DNA from: a virus
Lineage: Duplodnaviria; Caudoviricetes
IMG/VR virus record: IMGVR_UViG_3300010352_001202
Length of the DNA stretch: 64,000 nucleotides
Direction: 5' to 3' (one strand)
This document shows, piece after piece, positions 18,876 to 26,492 of the stretch (the stretch's first letter is position 1; every line of letters starts with the position of its first letter). The notes beneath the pieces were generated by a model, which saw only the letters and a list, made by a program, of their open reading frames with translations, ran no database searches and had not been told where the DNA came from. The translations under genes and the position numbers were made by a program.

Positions 18876-20765
18876 ATGCTATACGAAACCTACATTGCAA
18901 AATCAAGATATGCACGCTACATAGACTCAAAGAAGCGCCGTGAAAACTGGGATGAGACTGTTGCTCGTTATTTTGATTTTATGGAGAATCATTTAAAGCA
19001 GAAACATAATTATATCTTAACTCCCGAGTTAAGAAACGAATTACAGAGTGCAGTCACAAACAATGAAGTTATGCCTTCTATGCGTGCTCTTATGACAGCA
19101 GGCAAGGCACTCGAAAGAGATAACACTGCTGGTTACAACTGTTCATATCTCCCAGTTGATGACCCAAAGGCTTTCGATGAAGCAATGTTTATTCTGCTAT
19201 GTGGCACTGGTGTGGGTTTCAGTGTAGAGCGTCAATACATTAGTAAGCTTCCTGAAGTTCCGGATCGTATCTATGACAGCGAATCTATTATTGTTGTTTC
19301 AGACAGTAAAGAAGGTTGGGCAAAGGCACTTCGCCAGGTTATTGCAATGTTGTATTCTGGCGAAGCTCCTCGTTGGGATGTTAGTAAGGTTCGCCCAGCA
19401 GGCGCCCGTTTAAAGGTTTTTGGCGGCCGTGCATCGGGTCCAGAACCTTTGATTGACTTATTCAAGTTTGTTATTAAGACATTTAAGAATGCACAGGGAA
19501 GAAAGCTTAACAGTATTGAATGTCACGACATTATGTGTAAGGTTGGTGAAGTGGTTGTTGTGGGTGGCGTGCGCAGATCTGCTATGATCTCCCTGTCAAA
19601 CCTTTCTGACGATCGTATGCGTAATGCTAAGAGTGGTGCATGGTGGGAAACACAAGGTCAGCGTGCCCTTGCGAATAACAGTGCATGCCACACCGAGCGC
19701 CCCGATGTGGGAATTTTCATGCAAGAATGGCTTTCTCTCTACGAATCCAAGTCCGGCGAACGCGGAATCTTTAATCGTGAAGCTGCAAAGAATATTGTAA
19801 AGAAGAGCGGTCGTCGTAATCCGGATTTTGACTTTGGTACAAATCCTTGTGCGGAAATTATCCTACGACCTTACCAGTTCTGTAATCTAACAGAAATTAT
19901 TGTCCGTGCATCTGACACACTTGAAGATCTATTGCGTAAGGCAAGAATTGCTACTATCCTCGGCACATTCCAGTCGACGCTAACACACTTCCCTTATCTA
20001 CGCAAAATTTGGCGAGATAACACCGAAGCGGAGCGTTTGCTAGGTGTGTCCATGACAGGTATCTTGGATAATCACTTCCTAAATAATCCTAACGATCCAG
20101 AATTGCCTGCTCGTTTAGAAGCACTCAAGGCAGCTACTGTTGCAGTCAATGCTGAATTTGCTGCTATTCTTGATATTCCGGTTGCCGCCGCTATTACTGC
20201 TGTAAAACCGTCTGGAACAGTTTCTCAATTAACAGATACAGCAAGTGGAATTCACCCACGCCATGCTGCCTATTACTATCGTCGTATTCGCGGTGATGTG
20301 AAAGATCCGCTAACAAGAGCAATGATGGTTGCTGGTGTCCCTAGCGAACCTGATGTTATGAAGCCTGGAAGCACAATGGTATTTACTTTCCCTAAGAAAG
20401 CTCCAGAGGGTGCAGTTCTTAGACAAGATCTTGATGCCATTAAGCACTTGAATTTATGGCTTGTTTATCAAAGACACTACTGTGAGCATAAGCCATCTGT
20501 AACTATTTCAGTATCGGAAAAAGAATGGCCAGCAGTAGGTGCATTTGTATGGGAATACTTTGATGAAATGTCGGGTGTATCATTCCTACCGTACGACGGC
20601 GGCACATATAAGCAAGCTCCTTACGAGGATTGCACTAAAGAAGAGTATGAGGCTCTATTAGCACAGATGCCTAAGTCTATTGATTGGGATGCAATTGTTG
20701 AGCTCGAGGATAATGTCGAAGGCGCACAAATGTTGGCCTGTACAGCAGGGCAATGCGAAATTTAA
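18876..20765 (+). CDS. nrdJ: class II (adenosylcobalamin-dependent) ribonucleotide reductase
   Basis: YNCSY, GGVRRSAMI, GTNPCAEI, FCNLTE, KPSGTVSQL, C-terminal CTAGQCEI; SD GGAG before ATG 18876. Confidence 0.92.
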   Translation: MLYETYIAKSRYARYIDSKKRRENWDETVARYFDFMENHLKQKHNYILTPELRNELQSAVTNNEVMPSMRALMTAGKALERDNTAGYNCSYLPVDDPKAFDEAMFILLCGTGVGFSVERQYISKLPEVPDRIYDSESIIVVSDSKEGWAKALRQVIAMLYSGEAPRWDVSKVRPAGARLKVFGGRASGPEPLIDLFKFVIKTFKNAQGRKLNSIECHDIMCKVGEVVVVGGVRRSAMISLSNLSDDRMRNAKSGAWWETQGQRALANNSACHTERPDVGIFMQEWLSLYESKSGERGIFNREAAKNIVKKSGRRNPDFDFGTNPCAEIILRPYQFCNLTEIIVRASDTLEDLLRKARIATILGTFQSTLTHFPYLRKIWRDNTEAERLLGVSMTGILDNHFLNNPNDPELPARLEALKAATVAVNAEFAAILDIPVAAAITAVKPSGTVSQLTDTASGIHPRHAAYYYRRIRGDVKDPLTRAMMVAGVPSEPDVMKPGSTMVFTFPKKAPEGAVLRQDLDAIKHLNLWLVYQRHYCEHKPSVTISVSEKEWPAVGAFVWEYFDEMSGVSFLPYDGGTYKQAPYEDCTKEEYEALLAQMPKSIDWDAIVELEDNVEGAQMLACTAGQCEI

Positions 20766-20829
20766 TGCGAATATTTGTATTCCATATACTAACCGCATAT
20801 AATAACGAAAACGCCTAAAAAGGGAACAT

Positions 20830-21138
20830 ATGTTAACACAGAAACAAAAAGAGACACCGTATGTTTGGGTCTTTAAGCTTGCAACAGGAGAAGAAATAAT
20901 TGCCAGAGTAACTGAGGAAACAGATACTCATTATCAGATTAAGGCACCGTTGCAAATGGTTATGGGCCAGCGTGGTCCACAATTCGGCCCATTTATTATG
21001 ATGGCCAATCCAGACAAGCTGAAGATTAACAAAGCTCATGTGGTAGCTGATGCGGGTCCTGTAGCAGAGTTGGAAGGGCAATATGAAAGTATTACAACTG
21101 GTATTGCTCTTCCGCAAAAAAGTTCCATAATTACCTAA
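20830..21138 (+). CDS. Sm-like fold phage protein
   Basis: FKLATGEEIIARV...IKAP pattern typical of T4-like Sm-fold proteins. Confidence 0.55.
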   Translation: MLTQKQKETPYVWVFKLATGEEIIARVTEETDTHYQIKAPLQMVMGQRGPQFGPFIMMANPDKLKINKAHVVADAGPVAELEGQYESITTGIALPQKSSIIT

Positions 21139-21157
21139 CAACACACAAGGAAATAAT

Positions 21158-21355
21158 ATGCCAACAAGATCAGCACCAAAGACGCCGTATGAAATTCGTT
21201 TAGAACTATTGCAACTCGCACAAGTAATTCTCAACGAAAAGCACAAAGCAATTGGAGTAGAGAACGGTAACAACCAGACAACTGCTCCTATTACTGAAGA
21301 AATTATTGCAGAAGCAAATAAGATGAATGCATTCATCTCTACAGCCAACCATTAA
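21158..21355 (+). CDS. small conserved-type phage protein
   Basis: KTPYEIRLELLQLA...EEIIAEA; SD AAGGA. Confidence 0.7.
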   Translation: MPTRSAPKTPYEIRLELLQLAQVILNEKHKAIGVENGNNQTTAPITEEIIAEANKMNAFISTANH

Positions 21356-21358
21356 TAT

Positions 21359-21388
21359 TTGACAGTCCGGTTAGATGCATAGTAATAT
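21359..21388 (+). promoter_or_regulatory. sigma70-type promoter TTGACA-18-TAATAT
   Basis: ATG 21395 follows 6 nt after the -10 box. Confidence 0.6.
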
Positions 21389-21394
21389 GCGTCA

Positions 21395-22189
21395 ATGCCG
21401 GATTCTCATATGTATAAACAAATCAAAAAAGTATTTAGAAGATTTAGTTCCTGGATGCATTATGATCCGCCAGGGTCAATGACATCTAAAGGATGGCGTC
21501 TCTTTGACGAGGAATATAAGAGAGTTGCTCCTATCCGACACTGGATTTCAAAAGATTTGAGACATGCAGTTGTTTATCCAATTAAGTGGAAATATCAAGC
21601 TATCACAAATTGGATTCGATATCGTACATATGATAGATATCATGTGTTGAAGACTGGGTTAGAACCCGGATATTACGAAGTTGAAAAGCTTATGCTGCAT
21701 GTCAACTTTAATATGCTTAAGGATTTTGTAGAAGACGAGCTTGCATGGAGTCGTTATCTGTGGACCGAACGCGACGAAACTGCAACATGGTGCGAAAAGC
21801 ACATGCCTTTCTATTACTTCTTCAAACCATTCAGACGGCCTGATTTAGGAATAAAACACCTGGAATGGGCATCTACCTTAGATGATCCTAACCTTCCGCC
21901 ACACGAAAGATGCGATCACCAGGCAGTTGCAGCCCGTGAGATGCTTATACTATATAAGTGGTGGGTAGAAGGTAGACCCAGCCGTAAGGAAGAAGCTATT
22001 CCTGAATATGACCACCAAGGTATGGGAATTATGGGATGCCTTGATGATGACTTCGACCAAAATGCTCCTGATTTTATTGCACACAGAGAAGCAATGGACA
22101 GGAATAGTAATCTCGAAGAAACATGGAGCAACGAAGACGAAGAAATGCTTATTCGTCTTATGAAAGTAAGAAGACAGATGTGGACTTAA
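21395..22189 (+). CDS. hypothetical protein (Trp-rich)
   Basis: 264-aa ORF. Confidence 0.75.
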   Translation: MPDSHMYKQIKKVFRRFSSWMHYDPPGSMTSKGWRLFDEEYKRVAPIRHWISKDLRHAVVYPIKWKYQAITNWIRYRTYDRYHVLKTGLEPGYYEVEKLMLHVNFNMLKDFVEDELAWSRYLWTERDETATWCEKHMPFYYFFKPFRRPDLGIKHLEWASTLDDPNLPPHERCDHQAVAAREMLILYKWWVEGRPSRKEEAIPEYDHQGMGIMGCLDDDFDQNAPDFIAHREAMDRNSNLEETWSNEDEEMLIRLMKVRRQMWT

Positions 22190-22545
22190 AGAAACAAAAT
22201 TTAGAAGCAGATTTAAAAGATGACAAGATAGTCATTACATATTGCGCTGAGAAGAATGTAGCACTTGAGTTCTATGCTGCCTTGTGTAATGTTGATTGGT
22301 ATGTCTACGAAGATAAACCCGAAGATGAACGAATAATAGACATCTTATCGGGCAATAAACCGATTCTTTGGTCCTGTTCCTGGCGCTATGCTGGTGGTAT
22401 CATTGCTGATATCAGGAACAACAACTATAATATGAGTGAAACCTACATGGACTTTTACTGTGGAGGTAACGAGGGGTATGTATCCCCATTAGTTCAAGAA
22501 TGCTTAGAGAGAATGGGTTGGAGACCCATAACATATAATGTCTAG
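22180..22545 (+). CDS. hypothetical protein
   Basis: WSCSWRYAGGIIADIR...YMDFYC; GTG start overlapping the upstream gene. Confidence 0.7.
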   Translation: MDLKKQNLEADLKDDKIVITYCAEKNVALEFYAALCNVDWYVYEDKPEDERIIDILSGNKPILWSCSWRYAGGIIADIRNNNYNMSETYMDFYCGGNEGYVSPLVQECLERMGWRPITYNV

Positions 22546-23299
22546 TTTATCAAATCATGTCAGAGATAATTTTGCAGGGATGTTAGTATTCGCCGATGTT
22601 CACGGCGATATCGAATCCTTGATGCGTGCCTACCACTATGCAGAATCGCACGATTACTTCTTCGCATCTCTCGGTGATTTGGTTGACCGTAGCTCTTTTC
22701 CATTCGAGACAGTTAAAAAGATGCACGAGGTTGTAAAAGCTGGTAAGGGTGCATTCACAATCGGTAACCACGATGATAAATTCCATAGACTCGGTAAGGG
22801 TGCTAAGGTAAGTCTCTCTGTGGATGCACGCAGGACATTAGCGGATGTTGGCCCCGAAAGGCATGACGAATTTATGCAGTTGTATGCCGATCTCATGGAT
22901 ACGCCGAACTACTCTGCTTACTTCCATAAGTTCGATGATATCACATTGGTGCATGCTGCCAGTCATCCGTGCATGTGGGAGGATACTGACCGATTTGGAA
23001 ATACAGCCAAGTCGCGAGCCTTATACGGCGAAACCAACGGAGACAAATACCCCGATGGATACCCCGTGAGGTTGTACAGTTGGATAGACGAAGTACCGAT
23101 GGGGGAAACGGTTATAGTTGGACATGATAGATGTCCCATCTTCAATGTTCCTATAACTTCCCCAATGGTGAAGTTAAACAAGAACGGCGGTAAGGTAATC
23201 TTCTTAGACACCGGCGGTGGCAAGGGTGGATTCTTATCTGGGGCAGTTGTGCTCCACGATAAGAAGTTTAAGGTTGATAGATTTGTGGAGTTCAAATGA
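22538..23299 (+). CDS. calcineurin-like metallophosphoesterase, Pnkp-phosphatase-like
   Basis: DVHGD, GDLVDR, GNHDDK, ALYGETNG...GYPVRL..W, VGH, LDTG. Confidence 0.85.
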   Translation: MSSLSNHVRDNFAGMLVFADVHGDIESLMRAYHYAESHDYFFASLGDLVDRSSFPFETVKKMHEVVKAGKGAFTIGNHDDKFHRLGKGAKVSLSVDARRTLADVGPERHDEFMQLYADLMDTPNYSAYFHKFDDITLVHAASHPCMWEDTDRFGNTAKSRALYGETNGDKYPDGYPVRLYSWIDEVPMGETVIVGHDRCPIFNVPITSPMVKLNKNGGKVIFLDTGGGKGGFLSGAVVLHDKKFKVDRFVEFK

Positions 23300-23640
23300 A
23301 ACATAAGTACGAAGTAACTGATAGTAGCACAATCAACTCACTGGAGTATGATTTCGAGAAGGCAAAGCTTGTCATTGAGTTTAAAGCCGGCAGCAAATAT
23401 ATCTATTCTGCTGTTCCCGAAGATGTGGCCAGGGAACTGTTCCTTGCCGAATCCAAGGGTAAGCATTTTGCTGCACATATCAAGGACAAGTTTGTTACCG
23501 AGAAGGTCGGTGCTACGCTAAACAAGCCTGCTGCATGGAAAGCTCCTAAGGCAGTACCAGCAGCACCTGTTAAGGCGTATCCTGCACCTAAAGCACAACC
23601 TGCGGCATATTGGCCGTTTCCATTAGGTAACAAGCCATAA
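23296..23640 (+). CDS. KTSC-domain protein with Pro/Ala/Lys tail
   Basis: SSTINSLEYD...LVIEFK.G..Y.Y..VP......L..AESKGKHF...IK. Confidence 0.85.
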   Translation: MKHKYEVTDSSTINSLEYDFEKAKLVIEFKAGSKYIYSAVPEDVARELFLAESKGKHFAAHIKDKFVTEKVGATLNKPAAWKAPKAVPAAPVKAYPAPKAQPAAYWPFPLGNKP

Positions 23641-24107
23641 TGGGCGATGTGGTAATTGGAGTTACTGCCGGTAGCTTCGACCTAACCCACGCCGGCCATT
23701 ACTTGATGTTTGAAGAATGCAAAGGTCAGTGCGATTACCTTATCGTTCTATTGCAAACCAATCCGCATCTTGATAGACCTGATAAGAATACTCCTGTACA
23801 AAGTACACATGAGAGGTACTTACAGGTTCGGGCTTGCAAATATATCGACGAGGTAATTGTTTACGAGACTGAGGCAGACCTGTATAATTTACTTTGCTCA
23901 ATTAAATTTGACAAGAGATTTATTGGTTCAGACTGGGAAGGTAAACCCTACACAGGGCATAATATTCCCGGTATGAATTCGAAGGTAGTCTTTAATTCAC
24001 GGAATCACGGATTTTCAACATCAGGTCTTAGAAAAAGAGTTTACGAGGCAGAAAATGCAAAACACACCAACACCGAAAAATGTCCCACCTCCGGTACCAA
24101 TCCCTGA
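23640..24107 (+). CDS. cytidylyltransferase (TagD-like, HxGH)
   Basis: GSFDLTHAGH, ERYLQV..CKYIDEV, GSDW, R.HGFSTSGLR. Confidence 0.85.
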   Translation: MGDVVIGVTAGSFDLTHAGHYLMFEECKGQCDYLIVLLQTNPHLDRPDKNTPVQSTHERYLQVRACKYIDEVIVYETEADLYNLLCSIKFDKRFIGSDWEGKPYTGHNIPGMNSKVVFNSRNHGFSTSGLRKRVYEAENAKHTNTEKCPTSGTNP

Positions 24108-24204
24108 GGAAGATTTCGACGACTATCTTGAATGGACTCCCGAGGAAGAGGAAGCATTCCTAAGCATCCTCGACGAATCCGAAGATAGCAGGAGCGACAA
24201 GTGA
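24055..24204 (+). CDS. 49-aa acidic microprotein (below ORF-track cutoff)
   Basis: MQNTPTPKNVPPPVPIPEEDFDDYLEWTPEEEEAFLSILDESEDSRSDK*; SD GAGG; stop overlaps next GTG (GTGA). Confidence 0.6.
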   Translation: MQNTPTPKNVPPPVPIPEEDFDDYLEWTPEEEEAFLSILDESEDSRSDK

Positions 24205-24476
24205 GATTTATTCAGTTTGCCAAATGGTGGCGGAGACAGCGCGACACTGCCGGAAAAGTGCTGACTCTTGTTATCAGTTGGTTATTCATCAGCCTAGCAA
24301 CAATGCCGTTTATCGGTGTCGGCGGGCTGGCTCTTTTCCTGGGCGGTCTGCTTGCCGGTGCAATTCTTTATCTGCTCGGTAGCATGATTATGGCAGGATG
24401 GGAAGCCTGGAAAGAATTTTCCGCGACACATCCTACATCGCAGGAGTTACTCGTCCGCAAATTGCGTGGCGATTGA
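24201..24476 (+). CDS. small two-TM membrane protein
   Basis: Two hydrophobic segments. Confidence 0.7.
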   Translation: MRFIQFAKWWRRQRDTAGKVLTLVISWLFISLATMPFIGVGGLALFLGGLLAGAILYLLGSMIMAGWEAWKEFSATHPTSQELLVRKLRGD

Positions 24477-24514
24477 CCTAAAAGTGGCCGATAGTTTATA
24501 CTAAAGGCTAAATA
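24473..24514 (+). promoter_or_regulatory. sigma70-type promoter TTGACC-18-TATACT plus late-like box GCTAAATA
   Basis: Upstream of the NAD salvage cluster. Confidence 0.55.
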
Positions 24515-24562
24515 CAAACGCAGAGACAGACTCTGCACTTCAACATTATTTGGGAGCCAAAT

Positions 24563-25618
24563 ATGACAAAACGATACAAGCGTGTCGTCCTCATCGGACG
24601 ATTTCAATGCCCACACAACGGGCACCTAGCCAACTTCCTTCAAGCACTGAATATTGCCGACAAGGTGATTATTCTCGTGGGTAGTTCCTACCAGCCCCGC
24701 ACTCCGAAAAATCCTTTCAGGTACGCCGAACGCAGTGAAATGATCACTGATGCAATTCTTGCCGTTCGTCCGGATGCTGACTTCGAGGTATATCCGTTGC
24801 GTGATTACAAGTATAGCAACAACGACTGGATTTCCGCAGTTCAGGAACGAGTAAAGCGCGACAGTCCTGATGTCGAAGATAAAGACATCGCCATCATGGG
24901 ATATGATAAGGACGATACGAGTTGGTACAACCACGCATTTCCGGAATGGGACTTTGTTCCGCTGAATGGATTTGTTGAACATGGTTCTAAACCCATCGAT
25001 GCAACAAAGGTTCGCGAACTGTACTTCGAAGGTCACCTGGACTATATTCAAAGCACAATTCCGAAAACCACATTTGAATACTTGAAAGAATTCAGGAAGA
25101 CCGAATTCTACAATGCTCTTGTGGATGAATTTGTGTTCTATAGGGATTACCACAAGAAGTGGGAACCCGCACCCTTTACGCCGACTTTCCAGACTGTGGA
25201 TGCTGTGGTTATCCAAGGCGGTCACATTCTGCTCATCCAGCGTGGCCATTCGCCTGGTAAGGGATTGTGGGCACTGCCCGGGGGCTTCCTGAACCCACGC
25301 GAAACTCTTGAAGAAGGTTGCGTCCGTGAACTAATGGAAGAAACCAAGATCAAGGTTCCGGAAATTGTTCTTCGCAAGGCAATGACTTATTCCAAGCGAT
25401 TTGATCATCCGGATCGCGATCTTCGCGGTCGTACCATCACCGAAGCATTCCTATTTGAACTTACGGGTGGCGACGGTAAGCTTCCGCGAGTTAAGGGAGC
25501 CGATGATGCAAAGGTCGCAAAATGGTTTAAGCTTGCCGAAATTGATGATATGGAAGAACTCATCTATGGAGATCATAAGCATATCATCGATACGCTGAAA
25601 GCACGAGCAAGAAAATGA
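24563..25618 (+). CDS. nadM: bifunctional NMN adenylyltransferase / Nudix ADP-ribose hydrolase
   Basis: IGRFQCPHNGH, KNPF...ER, ATKVRE; Nudix box PGGFLNPRETLEEGCVRELMEET; GADDA. Confidence 0.93.
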   Translation: MTKRYKRVVLIGRFQCPHNGHLANFLQALNIADKVIILVGSSYQPRTPKNPFRYAERSEMITDAILAVRPDADFEVYPLRDYKYSNNDWISAVQERVKRDSPDVEDKDIAIMGYDKDDTSWYNHAFPEWDFVPLNGFVEHGSKPIDATKVRELYFEGHLDYIQSTIPKTTFEYLKEFRKTEFYNALVDEFVFYRDYHKKWEPAPFTPTFQTVDAVVIQGGHILLIQRGHSPGKGLWALPGGFLNPRETLEEGCVRELMEETKIKVPEIVLRKAMTYSKRFDHPDRDLRGRTITEAFLFELTGGDGKLPRVKGADDAKVAKWFKLAEIDDMEELIYGDHKHIIDTLKARARK

Positions 25619-25848
25619 CCGTATATGTTCGATACCAGATCAACGGAAGGCTTCAAAGATACATGCTTTCCTACTGGCTAGAACAAAGCGGAATAAAGGA
25701 AGTTGATTACTTCGAAGGCGGGTGGATGGATAATCAAGTACAATCTATTCACCCACATCTGAAGTTTGAAACAGAAGAGGATGCCACTGCATTTATTTTG
25801 GTACACGGTGGCACCTGTAGTAAAGAATTACCAAAAAAAGGCGAATAA
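25615..25848 (+). CDS. small hypothetical protein, 'F..EED' family member
   Basis: LKFETEEDATAFIL. Confidence 0.7.
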   Translation: MTVYVRYQINGRLQRYMLSYWLEQSGIKEVDYFEGGWMDNQVQSIHPHLKFETEEDATAFILVHGGTCSKELPKKGE

Positions 25849-25858
25849 GGAGTTTATT

Positions 25859-26209
25859 ATGCCCTGCAGAGACTTTTATGACGATCATCCGGAAGCATAC
25901 TTTCGCGATGTTACAGAACCCGCACTTAAGAAGCAAATCAGTTTTGCCGAAAGTGCATTATGTGCGGCACTTCGCGCACTAGAACATGTCGATGGTTTAG
26001 TGCAAACTGTGACACCAAAGACAGGTGAGTTTTATGACTGGCTGAATTATAGTGAAGCCGGCATTACCAAAAAGGAACTTATTACCTGGCATAAGGCTCA
26101 CAAGGTGCTGGATAAAGCTCATCGAGAAAAAGCCAGGCAGGAAAAGGTTAAGCAAGATGCCCTTAATAAATTAAACGATGAGGAAAAGCGTGCTCTTGGC
26201 TTAAAATGA
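25859..26209 (+). CDS. hypothetical protein
   Basis: MPCRD start with SD TAAGGAG; C-terminal ALNKLNDEEKRALGL. Confidence 0.75.
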   Translation: MPCRDFYDDHPEAYFRDVTEPALKKQISFAESALCAALRALEHVDGLVQTVTPKTGEFYDWLNYSEAGITKKELITWHKAHKVLDKAHREKARQEKVKQDALNKLNDEEKRALGLK

Positions 26210-26457
26210 TCATATTTGAATTTTCTGAGGTATTAGTGGCATCGGGAAAGGTCCCTGGAGCAATTTGCCAGGTGACCGGCCGGGTTCCAGAAGTGGGTGA
26301 ACTTAAATATTTTCAATTTGCTGAAAGAGTGTATACACTCGATGGAACAACAGCGAAGATGGCGAAGAATAGATTTACTGGACAACTCGAGGATTTCGAG
26401 TTGACAAGGGAAGATGTGGTGGCCTTGGTTTTGAAGGCTATCCCGTTGAAGTCCTAA
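26206..26457 (+). CDS. hypothetical protein
   Basis: 83-aa coupled ORF. Confidence 0.65.
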   Translation: MIIFEFSEVLVASGKVPGAICQVTGRVPEVGELKYFQFAERVYTLDGTTAKMAKNRFTGQLEDFELTREDVVALVLKAIPLKS

Positions 26458-26492
26458 CATGGAGTTAGGCAACAGTTGATAAGGAGTTTATC

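Noticed and set aside
18876-20765. Intein or intron in nrdJ, helicase, thyA or ligase
   Set aside because: Lengths are ordinary and motifs are contiguous; no intein termini seen.
20833-21348. 171-aa minus-strand ORF
   Set aside because: Overlaps two plus-strand genes that have good RBSs and recognisable motifs.
24626-25249. 207-aa antisense ORF (and similar ones opposite nadV)
   Set aside because: Opposite well-conserved enzymes; shadow ORFs.
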